From: an uncultured Gemmatimonadaceae bacterium | Lineage (GTDB): Bacteria > Gemmatimonadota > Gemmatimonadetes > Gemmatimonadales > GWC2-71-9 | Length of the DNA: 64,000 nt | Direction of reading: 5' to 3' | Assembly (NCBI GenBank): GCA_964449145.1 | Contig: CAYUYF010000009.1 | Location: forward strand, 8,938-72,937 | In this document: piece after piece, positions 38,106 through 47,072 of the stretch | Position numbering within the stretch: position 1 is the stretch's first letter | Layout of the letters: every line of letters begins with the position of its first letter | Notes under the pieces: generated by a model | Database searches by the model: none | What the model saw: only the letters and a program-made list of their open reading frames with translations | Told to the model about the DNA's origin: nothing | Position numbers and translations under genes: made by a program

Positions 38106-38274
38106 CCCTGCCGGGCGGGGCTTGGGGACCGCATATGCATCCGCTGGACCCGCATATTCTTGCAATGTTGGCGGTCCGGTTGCCCTCCTGCGCCGCGCTG
38201 CCGACATTTCCGCCTCTCCACGGGCGCCACTCGCCAGGGTGCCGCGCCGCATCTCACATCCCGGAGTCGCCGGC

Positions 38275-40143
38275 ATGACCGCAACCGCCCGCCCCCCCAT
38301 CACCGTCCCCGCCTGGGTCACCAATCCTCGTCTGATTGCCTGGGTGACAGAGATGGCGGAGCTCACCGAACCGGCCGAGGTGCAGTGGTGTGATGGATCC
38401 GAGGCGGAGTACGCCGCGCTCTGCGACCAGATGGTTGCCACCGGTACGCTCAAGCGCCTCAACCCCAAGAAGCGTCCCAACAGTTTCCTGGCGCTCTCCG
38501 ATCCCAACGACGTCGCGCGGGTTGAAGACCGGACCTTCATCTGCAGCCGGCGCCGGCCCGATGCCGGCCCCACCAACAACTGGGTGGATCCGCGCGAGAT
38601 GACCGGCACCCTGCGCCGGTTGTTCGCCGGGTCGATGCGGGGCCGCACCATGTACGTGGTGCCGTTCAGCATGGGCCCGCTCGGCTCCCCCCTGGCGCAC
38701 ATCGGGGTGGAACTGACGGATTCCCCCTACGTGGTCGTGAGCATGCGCATCATGACCCGGATGGGACGCGGGGCGGTGGAAGCACTCGGCGACGGCGATT
38801 TCGTGCCGTGCGTGCACTCGGTGGGCCGGCCACTCGCCCCGGGAGAGAAGGACGTGCCCTGGCCCTGCAACGCCGACGACAAGTACATCGTCCATTTCCC
38901 CGACGATCGCAGCATCTGGTCCTTCGGCAGCGGGTATGGGGGCAACGCCCTCCTGGGCAAGAAGTGCCTGGCGTTGCGCATCGCCTCCGTCATGGCACGA
39001 GATGAGGGCTGGATGGCCGAACACATGCTGATCCTGGGGCTCAGGAGCCCCGACGGGGAGAAGCGCTATTTCGCCGCCGGCTTCCCGAGCGCCTGCGGCA
39101 AGACCAATCTGGCCATGCTGGTTCCGCCCAAGGGGTGTGAGGGCTGGACCGTCACCACCATCGGCGACGACATCGCCTGGATCCGCCCGGGCCCGGATGG
39201 CCGTCTGCACGCCATCAATCCCGAGGCCGGCTTCTTCGGCGTAGCCCCGGGCACCTCGGTGGCATCCAATCCGAATGCGATGGCCACGATCCAGTCCAAC
39301 ACGATCTTCACCAACGTGGCCATGACCCCCGACGGAGATGTCTGGTGGGAGGGGATGACCGACGAGCCGCCGGCCCAGCTGACCGACTGGCAGGGTCAGC
39401 CGTGGACCCCGGCTTCGGGACGCAAGGCGGCCCATCCCAACGCCCGGTTCACCGCCCCGGCCTCTCAGTGTCCCTCGATCGACCCCGAATGGCAGAACCC
39501 CAGCGGCGTCCCGATCAGCGCCTTCCTGTTCGGGGGACGCCGGGCCTCCTTGGTCCCGCTGGTGTACCAGGCGGTGAACTGGAATTTCGGCGTGTACCTG
39601 GCCGCCACCATCGGCTCCGAGACCACCGCCGCCGCCACCGGGGCCGTGGGCCAGGTCCGGCGGGACCCCATGTCCATGCTGCCCTTCTGCGGCTATCACA
39701 TGGGCGACTATTTCAACCACTGGCTGCAGATGGGCCGGCAGATCGCCGATCCGCCCCGGATCTTCTGCGTCAACTGGTTCCGCAAGGACGCCGAGGGCCG
39801 GTTCATCTGGCCCGGCTTCGGGCAGAACATCCGGGTGCTCAAGTGGATTTTCGGGCGGGTGCGCGGCAAGGTCGCCGCCACCGAGAGCCCGCTCGGCTGG
39901 ATGCCGCGCTACGAGGACCTGGACTGGACCGGCCTGGAGCACTTCCGCCCCGAGACCTTCCGGGACCTGATGTCGGTGCACCGGGAGGAATGGAAGCAGG
40001 AGATCCTCTCGCACCAGGAGCTGTTCGAGCGGCTGTACGACCGGATCCCGAAGGACTTCATCCTGATGCGGGAACTGGTGCTGTCCAGCCTGTGGCGCTC
40101 GCCGGAGGAGTGGAAACTCGCGCACGAAACGGAAGACGACTGA
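38275..40143 (+). CDS. pckG: Phosphoenolpyruvate carboxykinase (GTP)
   Basis: 622 aa. [13 protein letters not shown] (kinase-1a), WIGDDIAW-type [15 protein letters not shown] and NWFRKD are GTP-PEPCK hallmarks. The start lies inside track ORF 37498..40143. Confidence 0.95.
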   Translation: MTATARPPITVPAWVTNPRLIAWVTEMAELTEPAEVQWCDGSEAEYAALCDQMVATGTLKRLNPKKRPNSFLALSDPNDVARVEDRTFICSRRRPDAGPTNNWVDPREMTGTLRRLFAGSMRGRTMYVVPFSMGPLGSPLAHIGVELTDSPYVVVSMRIMTRMGRGAVEALGDGDFVPCVHSVGRPLAPGEKDVPWPCNADDKYIVHFPDDRSIWSFGSGYGGNALLGKKCLALRIASVMARDEGWMAEHMLILGLRSPDGEKRYFAAGFPSACGKTNLAMLVPPKGCEGWTVTTIGDDIAWIRPGPDGRLHAINPEAGFFGVAPGTSVASNPNAMATIQSNTIFTNVAMTPDGDVWWEGMTDEPPAQLTDWQGQPWTPASGRKAAHPNARFTAPASQCPSIDPEWQNPSGVPISAFLFGGRRASLVPLVYQAVNWNFGVYLAATIGSETTAAATGAVGQVRRDPMSMLPFCGYHMGDYFNHWLQMGRQIADPPRIFCVNWFRKDAEGRFIWPGFGQNIRVLKWIFGRVRGKVAATESPLGWMPRYEDLDWTGLEHFRPETFRDLMSVHREEWKQEILSHQELFERLYDRIPKDFILMRELVLSSLWRSPEEWKLAHETEDD

Positions 40144-40145
40144 CG

Positions 40146-41423
40146 GTGGGCGATCTCGAGGTCATTCGTGACCCGCTGTGGGACAACATCCGGCTGGACG
40201 AGACCGCCCTGGCGCTGCTGGACACCGCGCCGATGCAGCGGCTCCGCTACATCCGGCAGCTCGGGCACGCATTCCTTGTCTACCCGGGCGCCACCCATAC
40301 CCGCTTCGAGCACGCCCTCGGCGCCTACCACCTGACCCGCCGCGCGCTGGCCGCGCTGGAGGAGCGGGGCGAACTCGCCCTGGTGGACCCCGAGGACGCT
40401 CGTGCCGCCCGGCTCGCCGCTCTGCTGCACGACCTGGGGCACTACCCTTTCTCGCACGCTCTGGAAGAGGCCGGGTTTCCCGGTCACGAGGCGCTCGGCG
40501 TCGCCCGGCTTGGACGGCCACCGCTGGCGGGGGAGCTGGCCCGGGCGGGCGGGCCGGGCTTCGCCGCCCGCATCGGCCAGTTCATCACCGGTCAGAGCCC
40601 CAGTCCTCTCGGCGGTCTCATCTCCGGCTCGCTGGACCTCGACAAGATCGACTACCTGAGCCGGGATGCGCGGATGTGCGGGGTGCCCTACGGCGCGGTG
40701 GATGTGGACCGGCTGCTGGCTTCACTCACGATCATCCAGAACGGCGCCGGCCCCGCTGAGCTGGGGGTGCAGGAGAAAGGCATCAGCGCCCTCGAGTCCC
40801 TGCTCTTCGCCAAGTACCAGATGTATCGCAACGTCTACTGGCACCACGCGGTCCGGAGCGCCACCTGCATGTTCAAGCGCGCCGTGCGCCGCTCGGTGGC
40901 CGCCGGCACGCTGACCCAGGCGGCGGTCTCCGACGCCACCGACGACGGGCTCACCGAACGCCTGCTGGCCGCCGACCCCAGCGGCCTGGCCCAGGCGGTA
41001 CAAAGTCGGCGGCTCTACAAGCGCGCCCTGGACCTTCCCGCCAGCGAGGTGCCGGAAGAGACCACCCCATGGATCCGGCAGCGCCCCGACCTGCTCGAAC
41101 GGGTCGAGGACCGGCTGGCCCGGGAGCTCGGGCTCGGCCAGGACGAGATCCTCCTCGACCTCCCCAGCAACCCTTCCATGCTGGCGGTGGACCTCCCCCT
41201 GCGGACCCGCAGTGGGAGTGTGGAGCGGCTGACCGGCGAAGGCCGCGCCGGACAGTTCGGCCTGCCCCGCGTGGCGGGCGAGCTGTACCGGAGCGCCCGG
41301 CGGTTCCGAGTCTTTACCGTCACACCTCCAGCGAGGCCGCTGGACGCCCTCAGGGACCTCGTGCCGCTCACCCCGACCGAGGTCGAGACCCGACTCGGCT
41401 CCGACCGGTCGCTTCTCCCGTAG
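40146..41423 (+). CDS. HD-domain phosphohydrolase, COG1078 / SAMHD1-like (possible dNTP triphosphohydrolase)
   Basis: The GTG start is 2 nt after the pckG stop. Motifs: MQRLRYIRQLG, THTRFEHALG, LLHDLGHYPFSH, GSLDLDKIDYL.RD. Confidence 0.8.
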   Translation: MGDLEVIRDPLWDNIRLDETALALLDTAPMQRLRYIRQLGHAFLVYPGATHTRFEHALGAYHLTRRALAALEERGELALVDPEDARAARLAALLHDLGHYPFSHALEEAGFPGHEALGVARLGRPPLAGELARAGGPGFAARIGQFITGQSPSPLGGLISGSLDLDKIDYLSRDARMCGVPYGAVDVDRLLASLTIIQNGAGPAELGVQEKGISALESLLFAKYQMYRNVYWHHAVRSATCMFKRAVRRSVAAGTLTQAAVSDATDDGLTERLLAADPSGLAQAVQSRRLYKRALDLPASEVPEETTPWIRQRPDLLERVEDRLARELGLGQDEILLDLPSNPSMLAVDLPLRTRSGSVERLTGEGRAGQFGLPRVAGELYRSARRFRVFTVTPPARPLDALRDLVPLTPTEVETRLGSDRSLLP

Positions 41424-41548
41424 CGCCTTGCCACCAGGACCGGGGCAGCTCACCGGCACCGGTACCCGACCGCCTGCCACCCTGAAGCCATCCGCCGCCA
41501 AACCACCGGCGCCATCCCCACCACGTGAGTCCATGGCCCACGCAACAA

Positions 41549-41571
41549 AGCCCCCACCACGGGCGGGGGCT
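41549..41571 (-). terminator. Candidate rho-independent terminator of the FHA-PP2C unit
   Basis: On the minus strand, AGCCCCC-(9 nt)-GGGGGCT is followed by TTTGTTG. It lies 48 nt downstream of the PP2C stop. Confidence 0.35.
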
Positions 41572-41618
41572 GGTCTGGTGCTGGCCTGGAGGGGAAACTG
41601 GGCGGCCCCGCAGGCGTC

Positions 41619-42398
41619 CTAGGGGCGCTGTGCGGCGGGCAGGGTCGGTTCGGTGACCTCGGCGGGGACATCTGGCTCGATCCGGATGACGATCGCCGTG
41701 ATGTTGTCCAGCCCGCCACGACGGTTGGCCTCGTTGATGAGCCGGTCCACCCACTGCTGGGGTCCGCCCTCGGCACTCAGGATCACCGACAGGTGCGGAT
41801 CCTCGAGCATGCCTGTCAGGCCGTCCGAGGCCAGCAGGATCACGTCTCCCGGGCGCAGGTTGCCGAAGTAGAGATCGGGGACGACCTCGGCGTTGGCCCC
41901 GATACACCGGGTGATCACGTTGCTGTAGGGATGGACCCGCGCCTGTTCCGGGGTGAGCAGCCCGAGGTCCACCTGCTCCTGTACGTAAGAGTGGTCCTTG
42001 GTGATCTGCAGTAACTGATCCCCACGGAGCAGGTAGGCCCGGCTGTCTCCCACCTGGCCGATGAGATATCGCTGGGGAAGCAGGATCAGCGAGGTGATGG
42101 TGGTGCCCATGCCTCGCTTGTCGTGCTCGGTGAGGGTCCGGTCGAAGATGGCGCTGTTGGCCTCGATGATGGCGTTGCGAAGCCGCTCCCCGGCCTGTTC
42201 GTCGGACAGCCCCCGCAGGGTGCCGAGTTCGCGCGCGATGATCTGCACCGCCATCTCGCTGGCCACTTCTCCAGCGGCGTGCCCGCCCATGCCATCGGCC
42301 ACGATGAACACGCCCCGGTCGGCGACCATCCGGTAGTTGTCCTCGTTGCCGGACCGGACGATGCCGGTGTCAGTGCGAGCTGCGCAGGAGAAACGCAC
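41619..42398 (-). CDS. PP2C-family Ser/Thr protein phosphatase
   Basis: TDTGIVRSGNEDN, VADGMGGHAAGE, GTT, SDGL and DN.T motifs. The start is a GTG. Confidence 0.9.
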   Translation of the reverse strand: MRFSCAARTDTGIVRSGNEDNYRMVADRGVFIVADGMGGHAAGEVASEMAVQIIARELGTLRGLSDEQAGERLRNAIIEANSAIFDRTLTEHDKRGMGTTITSLILLPQRYLIGQVGDSRAYLLRGDQLLQITKDHSYVQEQVDLGLLTPEQARVHPYSNVITRCIGANAEVVPDLYFGNLRPGDVILLASDGLTGMLEDPHLSVILSAEGGPQQWVDRLINEANRRGGLDNITAIVIRIEPDVPAEVTEPTLPAAQRP

Positions 42399-42406
42399 GG
42401 AGCCGG

Positions 42407-43984
42407 TCAGTTCCGCATCAGGAGAATGACCGCCGCGACACCGAGTACGATGACGACGAGGAGCGGCACCACCCAGCGCGGCATCCCGGAAGTGGGCGGT
42501 GAACTCACGACCACCGGACGGCGCGGGGCCGGCGACGCCACTCGCTCCGGCGGCGGAGTGCGTGGGGCCTCCACGCGGGGCGCCGGCGGCGGCGCAATCT
42601 CCTCGGGCGGCGGCGCTGCCGCAGGACGGGGGGCGACAGCGGCCGGAGCGGGTGGCGGCGGGGCGGGCGGAGGGGCCGCGGGCGTCCGGATGGCCCCCAT
42701 CACCTTGGTGCCCGACCCGTGGGCCGTGCCCATGTGATCGTCGGTCGGCTCGAACAGCACCGAGATCTCACCGAAGCGGACCACCGACCCCGGTACGAGG
42801 AGGACCTCGCCCTGGACCCGCTCCCCATCGACCCAGGTCCCGTTGGTGGATTCGTTGTCGGTCAGGACCCAGACCCCTTCGCGGCGCTGCAGCTTGGCGT
42901 GAGAGCCGCTCACGCTGTCCTCAGCGATGACCACGTCATTGTACTCGGCGCGGCCGATGTTGACGACCGGCACCCGGACGGTGAGCCGCTGACCCTTGAG
43001 GTTGCCGCTGCGGATCAGGAAGGTGGCAATGGGGCCGGTACCGGTGGACGGCCGCCCGGCGACCGGCTCGACGGGGGGAGCCGGCGCGGCGGGGGTGGCG
43101 GGCGGAGCCGCCGTGGCCGTCGGCTTGACCGCGGGAGCCGCCGTGACCGCCGGCTTGGGCCCGGTGGGAGTGACCGGCATCCCCATCATGGTGGAGGAGA
43201 GGCGTTCGGCCGCACCCGGGGGCATCATCGGGGCGGGAATGGGGGTCGGAGGCCCGCTCGGGGCGGCCGGCACTGGGGCGGCCGCCACCGGTGCCGGGGC
43301 CGGTGGCGGAGCCGGCGCTTCGACTGCCCGATCGGCGTAGAAGCGGAATTCATGGTCCCCGATCCGGATGACATCGGCGCGGGCCAGGACCCGCTGGGCT
43401 TCGATGCGCTCGCCGTTGACGAAGGTCCCGTTGGTGCTGCTGTCCACCAGCACGTATCCCTGTGGCGAGGCGAAGATCTCCGCGTGGCGCCGGGAGACGT
43501 CCTTGTTGGGAACCACGATGTCGCAGCCCGCTTCCCGCCCGAACACCATGGGCGCGGTGCCGATCGTGTATTCGCGGCCGTCGGTCAGACAGACCATCCG
43601 CCCGCCGGTCGCGGCGGTGGCCGGCTTGGCCGCCGCCGGGCGCCCCCCGCCGGATGCCGAGACCATCTTGGCGACATCCGCCGCACTGACGAACTGGGTA
43701 CTCCCGCTGCGCCGGGGGTCCGTGACGAGGAGTTCGTGCAGCCCGACCTGCAGTTTGTCGCCATGCAGGATGGGGGCCGGTTCCGCCCCGAGCTTGACCC
43801 CGTTGAGCAGCACATCGTTGTCTCCCACCCGGCGTGCCGAGCAGGAACCATCCGCCTGGGCGGAGACGATCGCGTGGGTGGCGGCGATCCCTGACAGCCG
43901 TAAACCGCTCGACGGATCAGCGCCGATAACCAGGTCGCCGATCGGAATCGGGGTGCGTTGCCCGGCGACTTCCAGTTCCATCAT
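42407..43984 (-). CDS. Triple-FHA-domain protein with Pro/Ala-rich linkers and a C-terminal TM anchor
   Basis: There are three FHA cores. The second is GRE..CDIVV....VSRRHAEI......YVLVD.SSTNGTFVNG. The third is GR....DVVI....VSGSHAKL......WVLTDN.STNGTWVDG. The first is degenerate. The C-terminus is WVVPLLVVIVLGVAAVILLM. Confidence 0.85.
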   Translation of the reverse strand: MMELEVAGQRTPIPIGDLVIGADPSSGLRLSGIAATHAIVSAQADGSCSARRVGDNDVLLNGVKLGAEPAPILHGDKLQVGLHELLVTDPRRSGSTQFVSAADVAKMVSASGGGRPAAAKPATAATGGRMVCLTDGREYTIGTAPMVFGREAGCDIVVPNKDVSRRHAEIFASPQGYVLVDSSTNGTFVNGERIEAQRVLARADVIRIGDHEFRFYADRAVEAPAPPPAPAPVAAAPVPAAPSGPPTPIPAPMMPPGAAERLSSTMMGMPVTPTGPKPAVTAAPAVKPTATAAPPATPAAPAPPVEPVAGRPSTGTGPIATFLIRSGNLKGQRLTVRVPVVNIGRAEYNDVVIAEDSVSGSHAKLQRREGVWVLTDNESTNGTWVDGERVQGEVLLVPGSVVRFGEISVLFEPTDDHMGTAHGSGTKVMGAIRTPAAPPPAPPPPAPAAVAPRPAAAPPPEEIAPPPAPRVEAPRTPPPERVASPAPRRPVVVSSPPTSGMPRWVVPLLVVIVLGVAAVILLMRN

Positions 43985-44055
43985 CGCCTGCGCCCTCTCG
44001 TAGTCGGGAATGGAAAACGTACCCGAAGGTGTCTAACCATGCAAGCGATAGCAGC

Positions 44056-45861
44056 TTACGCACTCAGGGGCTGCGGGCGGTCTTGACTGCTAAGCTGCAA
44101 CCGATATAGCCGGTGGTACAGCCCCCCCTCCAACAGTAACGCACGGTGCGTGCCCCGTTCCCGTATCTCGCCGTGGTGCAGGACCAGGATCTCGTCGGCG
44201 TGCAGAATGGTGCTCAGCCGGTGGGCCACCACCACGCTGGTCCGGCCCCGCATCAGCTCGGCCACCGCTTCCTGGATGATCCCCTCCGCCTCGGCATCCA
44301 CCGAACTGGTGGCCTCATCCAGGAGCAGGATCCGGGGTGAGCGGGCCAGCGCCCGGGCGAAGGAGAGCAGCTGCCGCTCCCCCACGCTGAGGGAGCGGCC
44401 CCGCTCCCCCAGGACGTGACGGTACCCCTCCGGCAACCGCTCGATGAACCGCCCGGCACCGATGCGGGCCGCGGCGGCGCGGGCCGCCTCCGGGGTAATC
44501 GCCGCGTCGAGCACCAGGTTGCGTTCGATGTCCCCGCTGAACAGGAACAGGTCCTGCTGCACGAACCCCATCAGCCCGCGCAGCTCCGACAGATCCAGCT
44601 CCCGGATGTCCACCCCGTCCACCGTGATGCGGCCCCGCTCCACGTCGTAGAAGCGCAGCAACAGACTGATGATAGTCGTCTTGCCCGCCCCGGTGTGACC
44701 CACCAGCGCAATTGTTTGCCCCGGCAGGGCACTGAAGCTCACCCCCCGCAGCACCCACGGAGATGAGGAATCGGGCCGATAGCGGAACCACACATCCTCG
44801 AATCGAATCTCACCCCGGACCGGCTGGGTCAGCCGGCGCGGAACCGGGGCCGCGGGGACGGTGGGCGCGGTGTCCAGCAGCTGAAAGATCCGCTCGGAGG
44901 ACGCCATGGCGCTCTGGAGGAGGTTGTACTTCTCGGACAGGTCCTGCAGCGGCTGGAAGAACCGTCGGGTCAGCTGGATGAACGCCGCCAGCACCCCAAC
45001 CGTCAGGCTCCCATCCAGCGCCCGCAGTCCCCCATACCATAGCAGGAGCGCCAGGGCGACGGAGGACAGGAACTCCACGACCGGGAAGAACACCGCGTAG
45101 ATCGTGATGGACCGGAGGTGGGCGTCGAGGTGCTCTTGGTTGACCCGGCCAAAGGCCCCAGCCATGGCCCGTTCCCGGCCGAACAGCTGGATGACCCGCA
45201 TCCCCGCCATATGTTCCTGGAGCGCCGCGTTGAGCCGCGCCACGCGGGTGCGGATAGCGCGAAACGAGGAGCGGACATGCCGGCGAAAGACGGCCACCGC
45301 CAGTGCCATCAGCGGAATCACCGCGAACGCCACCAGCGCCAGCCGCCAGTCCAGCGCCAGCATCATGGCGACGATGGCCACGAGAGTGAACACGTCCCCG
45401 AAGACGGTGACTACCCCGGACGAGAACAGTTCGTTCAGGGTCTCGACGTCGCTGGTGACCCGGGTCATCAGCCGGCCGACGGGATGCCGGTCGAAGAAGG
45501 GTACGCTCAGTCGCTGCAGGTGGCGGAACAACGCCAGCCGGAGGTCTCCCATCACGCGCTGGCCCATCTTGGACGTGAGGTACGCCTGGCCGTAGTCGCA
45601 GGCGAACTCCAGCACCAGCGCCGCCAGCGCCAGCAGGGCGAGCCAGAGCAGCATACGCTGGTCGCCCGCCGGGACCGCAATGTCCAGCGCCCGCTGGGTG
45701 AGCAAAGGCCCCACCAGCGCCAGGCCGGCCGTCGCGAGCAGGAGCAGCACCGCCAGCGCCGCCGTCCACGCGTAGGGGCGCAGGTACGCCAGCAGCCGCC
45801 GCATCAGGCTGGCATCGTACCGCTTCCCTTCTGGTTCGGCGTCAGAATCGGGCTCGGACAT
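44056..45861 (-). CDS. ABC exporter, fused TMD-NBD (MsbA/ABCB-like)
   Basis: 6-TM N-terminal half. Walker A GHTGAGKTT, signature LSVGERQL, Walker B ILLLDEATSSVD, and an H-loop. Confidence 0.9.
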   Translation of the reverse strand: MSEPDSDAEPEGKRYDASLMRRLLAYLRPYAWTAALAVLLLLATAGLALVGPLLTQRALDIAVPAGDQRMLLWLALLALAALVLEFACDYGQAYLTSKMGQRVMGDLRLALFRHLQRLSVPFFDRHPVGRLMTRVTSDVETLNELFSSGVVTVFGDVFTLVAIVAMMLALDWRLALVAFAVIPLMALAVAVFRRHVRSSFRAIRTRVARLNAALQEHMAGMRVIQLFGRERAMAGAFGRVNQEHLDAHLRSITIYAVFFPVVEFLSSVALALLLWYGGLRALDGSLTVGVLAAFIQLTRRFFQPLQDLSEKYNLLQSAMASSERIFQLLDTAPTVPAAPVPRRLTQPVRGEIRFEDVWFRYRPDSSSPWVLRGVSFSALPGQTIALVGHTGAGKTTIISLLLRFYDVERGRITVDGVDIRELDLSELRGLMGFVQQDLFLFSGDIERNLVLDAAITPEAARAAAARIGAGRFIERLPEGYRHVLGERGRSLSVGERQLLSFARALARSPRILLLDEATSSVDAEAEGIIQEAVAELMRGRTSVVVAHRLSTILHADEILVLHHGEIRERGTHRALLLEGGLYHRLYRLQLSSQDRPQPLSA

Positions 45862-45866
45862 GGCGC

Positions 45867-46976
45867 CTAGGTGGCCGGGCTGGTCGCCGGCTCGACCTCG
45901 GCGACGGGCTCGTCCTCGTCAATACCCCGGGATTCCTTGAACCGGCCGTGCACCCAGCGGGAGAACACGACAAACCCGAAGGCAAGGGTGAAGTAGGAGA
46001 GAATGGCCCGCCAGATGAGGGTGTACAGCGGGCTCAGCTCCTTGGGCAGGTACACCGAGGCCATCACGGTGGTGGACAACAGCTCCGCGAAACCGGAGGC
46101 CCCCGGCGTGGGGGCGAAGTACAGCAGAAAAGTGATCAGCGTCTGCACCAGCAGCACATCGACGAAGTGCGCCTCGATGCCCACCGCCCGGAGGGCCACG
46201 TAACCGGCCAGCAGCTTGTTGGCGTGGGACGGGCCGGAGAGGATGGTGGCCCAGAAGAGGCTCAGCCATCCGCGGGGGCTGTTGAAGGCCAGCACGCTCT
46301 CGTGCGCGGCGTCGATGCCGGCCCGGAGGGACTCGATCCGGGTGGCCACCCGCTGGCTCCGCCGGGAGACCATCTCCGCCACCCGGTGCATGAGGTCTCG
46401 GACCAGCGCCGGAAAGACGATCACGGCCACCAGCACCACGCCGATGCCGACGAACAGGCCCAGGCTGCCGAGGAACAGGTCGTAGAGGGTGAGTCCCAGC
46501 ACGTTACCGTGCGAACCCAGCGACCGTCCCGCCCCCAGGACGATGGCCAGCGGTCCCGCGAGGGCAAAGAACAGCACCGTGGCGATGAACGACATCAGCG
46601 TCGTGGTGACCGCCATGGGGAGCGGCACCCCGGCCCGGCGCATGGCGTAGATCATCATCGGCCCGGCGCCGGAATTGAACGGGGTCAGGTACGCCGCCCA
46701 CGCCCCCATCCCGCCCGAGAGGATCATGCCCCCGATCGGCGGGTTGGGGTGCAGCTGCCGCACCAGCACCCAGTTGCGCAGCCCACCGCCGAACCAGTCC
46801 ATCGACGCGAGGCCCAGCCCCACCAGCACCCACCCCCAATGAATGTGGGTGACCGCTCGCAGGAAGGCTGGCAGGTTGTTCCCGTACAGCAGGACGCCGG
46901 CATATCCCAGCACGGAGATGCCAACGAAGACCGCAAAGCCGCGCAGCAGGAAACGCGGAGTGAGTACGGAAGCCAT
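45867..46976 (-). CDS. UPF0104 / lysyl-PG-synthase-TM (flippase-like) membrane protein
   Basis: 369 aa, polytopic. The layout resembles the MprF N-terminal flippase-like family, but no synthase domain is present. It ends 5 nt upstream of the ABC exporter. Confidence 0.6.
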   Translation of the reverse strand: MASVLTPRFLLRGFAVFVGISVLGYAGVLLYGNNLPAFLRAVTHIHWGWVLVGLGLASMDWFGGGLRNWVLVRQLHPNPPIGGMILSGGMGAWAAYLTPFNSGAGPMMIYAMRRAGVPLPMAVTTTLMSFIATVLFFALAGPLAIVLGAGRSLGSHGNVLGLTLYDLFLGSLGLFVGIGVVLVAVIVFPALVRDLMHRVAEMVSRRSQRVATRIESLRAGIDAAHESVLAFNSPRGWLSLFWATILSGPSHANKLLAGYVALRAVGIEAHFVDVLLVQTLITFLLYFAPTPGASGFAELLSTTVMASVYLPKELSPLYTLIWRAILSYFTLAFGFVVFSRWVHGRFKESRGIDEDEPVAEVEPATSPAT

Positions 46977-47072
46977 GTGGACCGGAATCTAGACTGGGCG
47001 GCGGACCGGCGGAACGGCATCGCACCCGCGCGCGGTCCAGCCGGTGGACTCCGCCCGTCTTATCTTCCCCGA

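Noticed and set aside
41424-41618. Track ORFs in the HD / PP2C convergent gap (41428..41622 plus, 41450..41776 minus, and others)
   Set aside because: They are short, Pro/Arg/Ala-rich, overlap the PP2C 3' end and have no motifs. The region is better explained by a terminator hairpin at 41549-41571.
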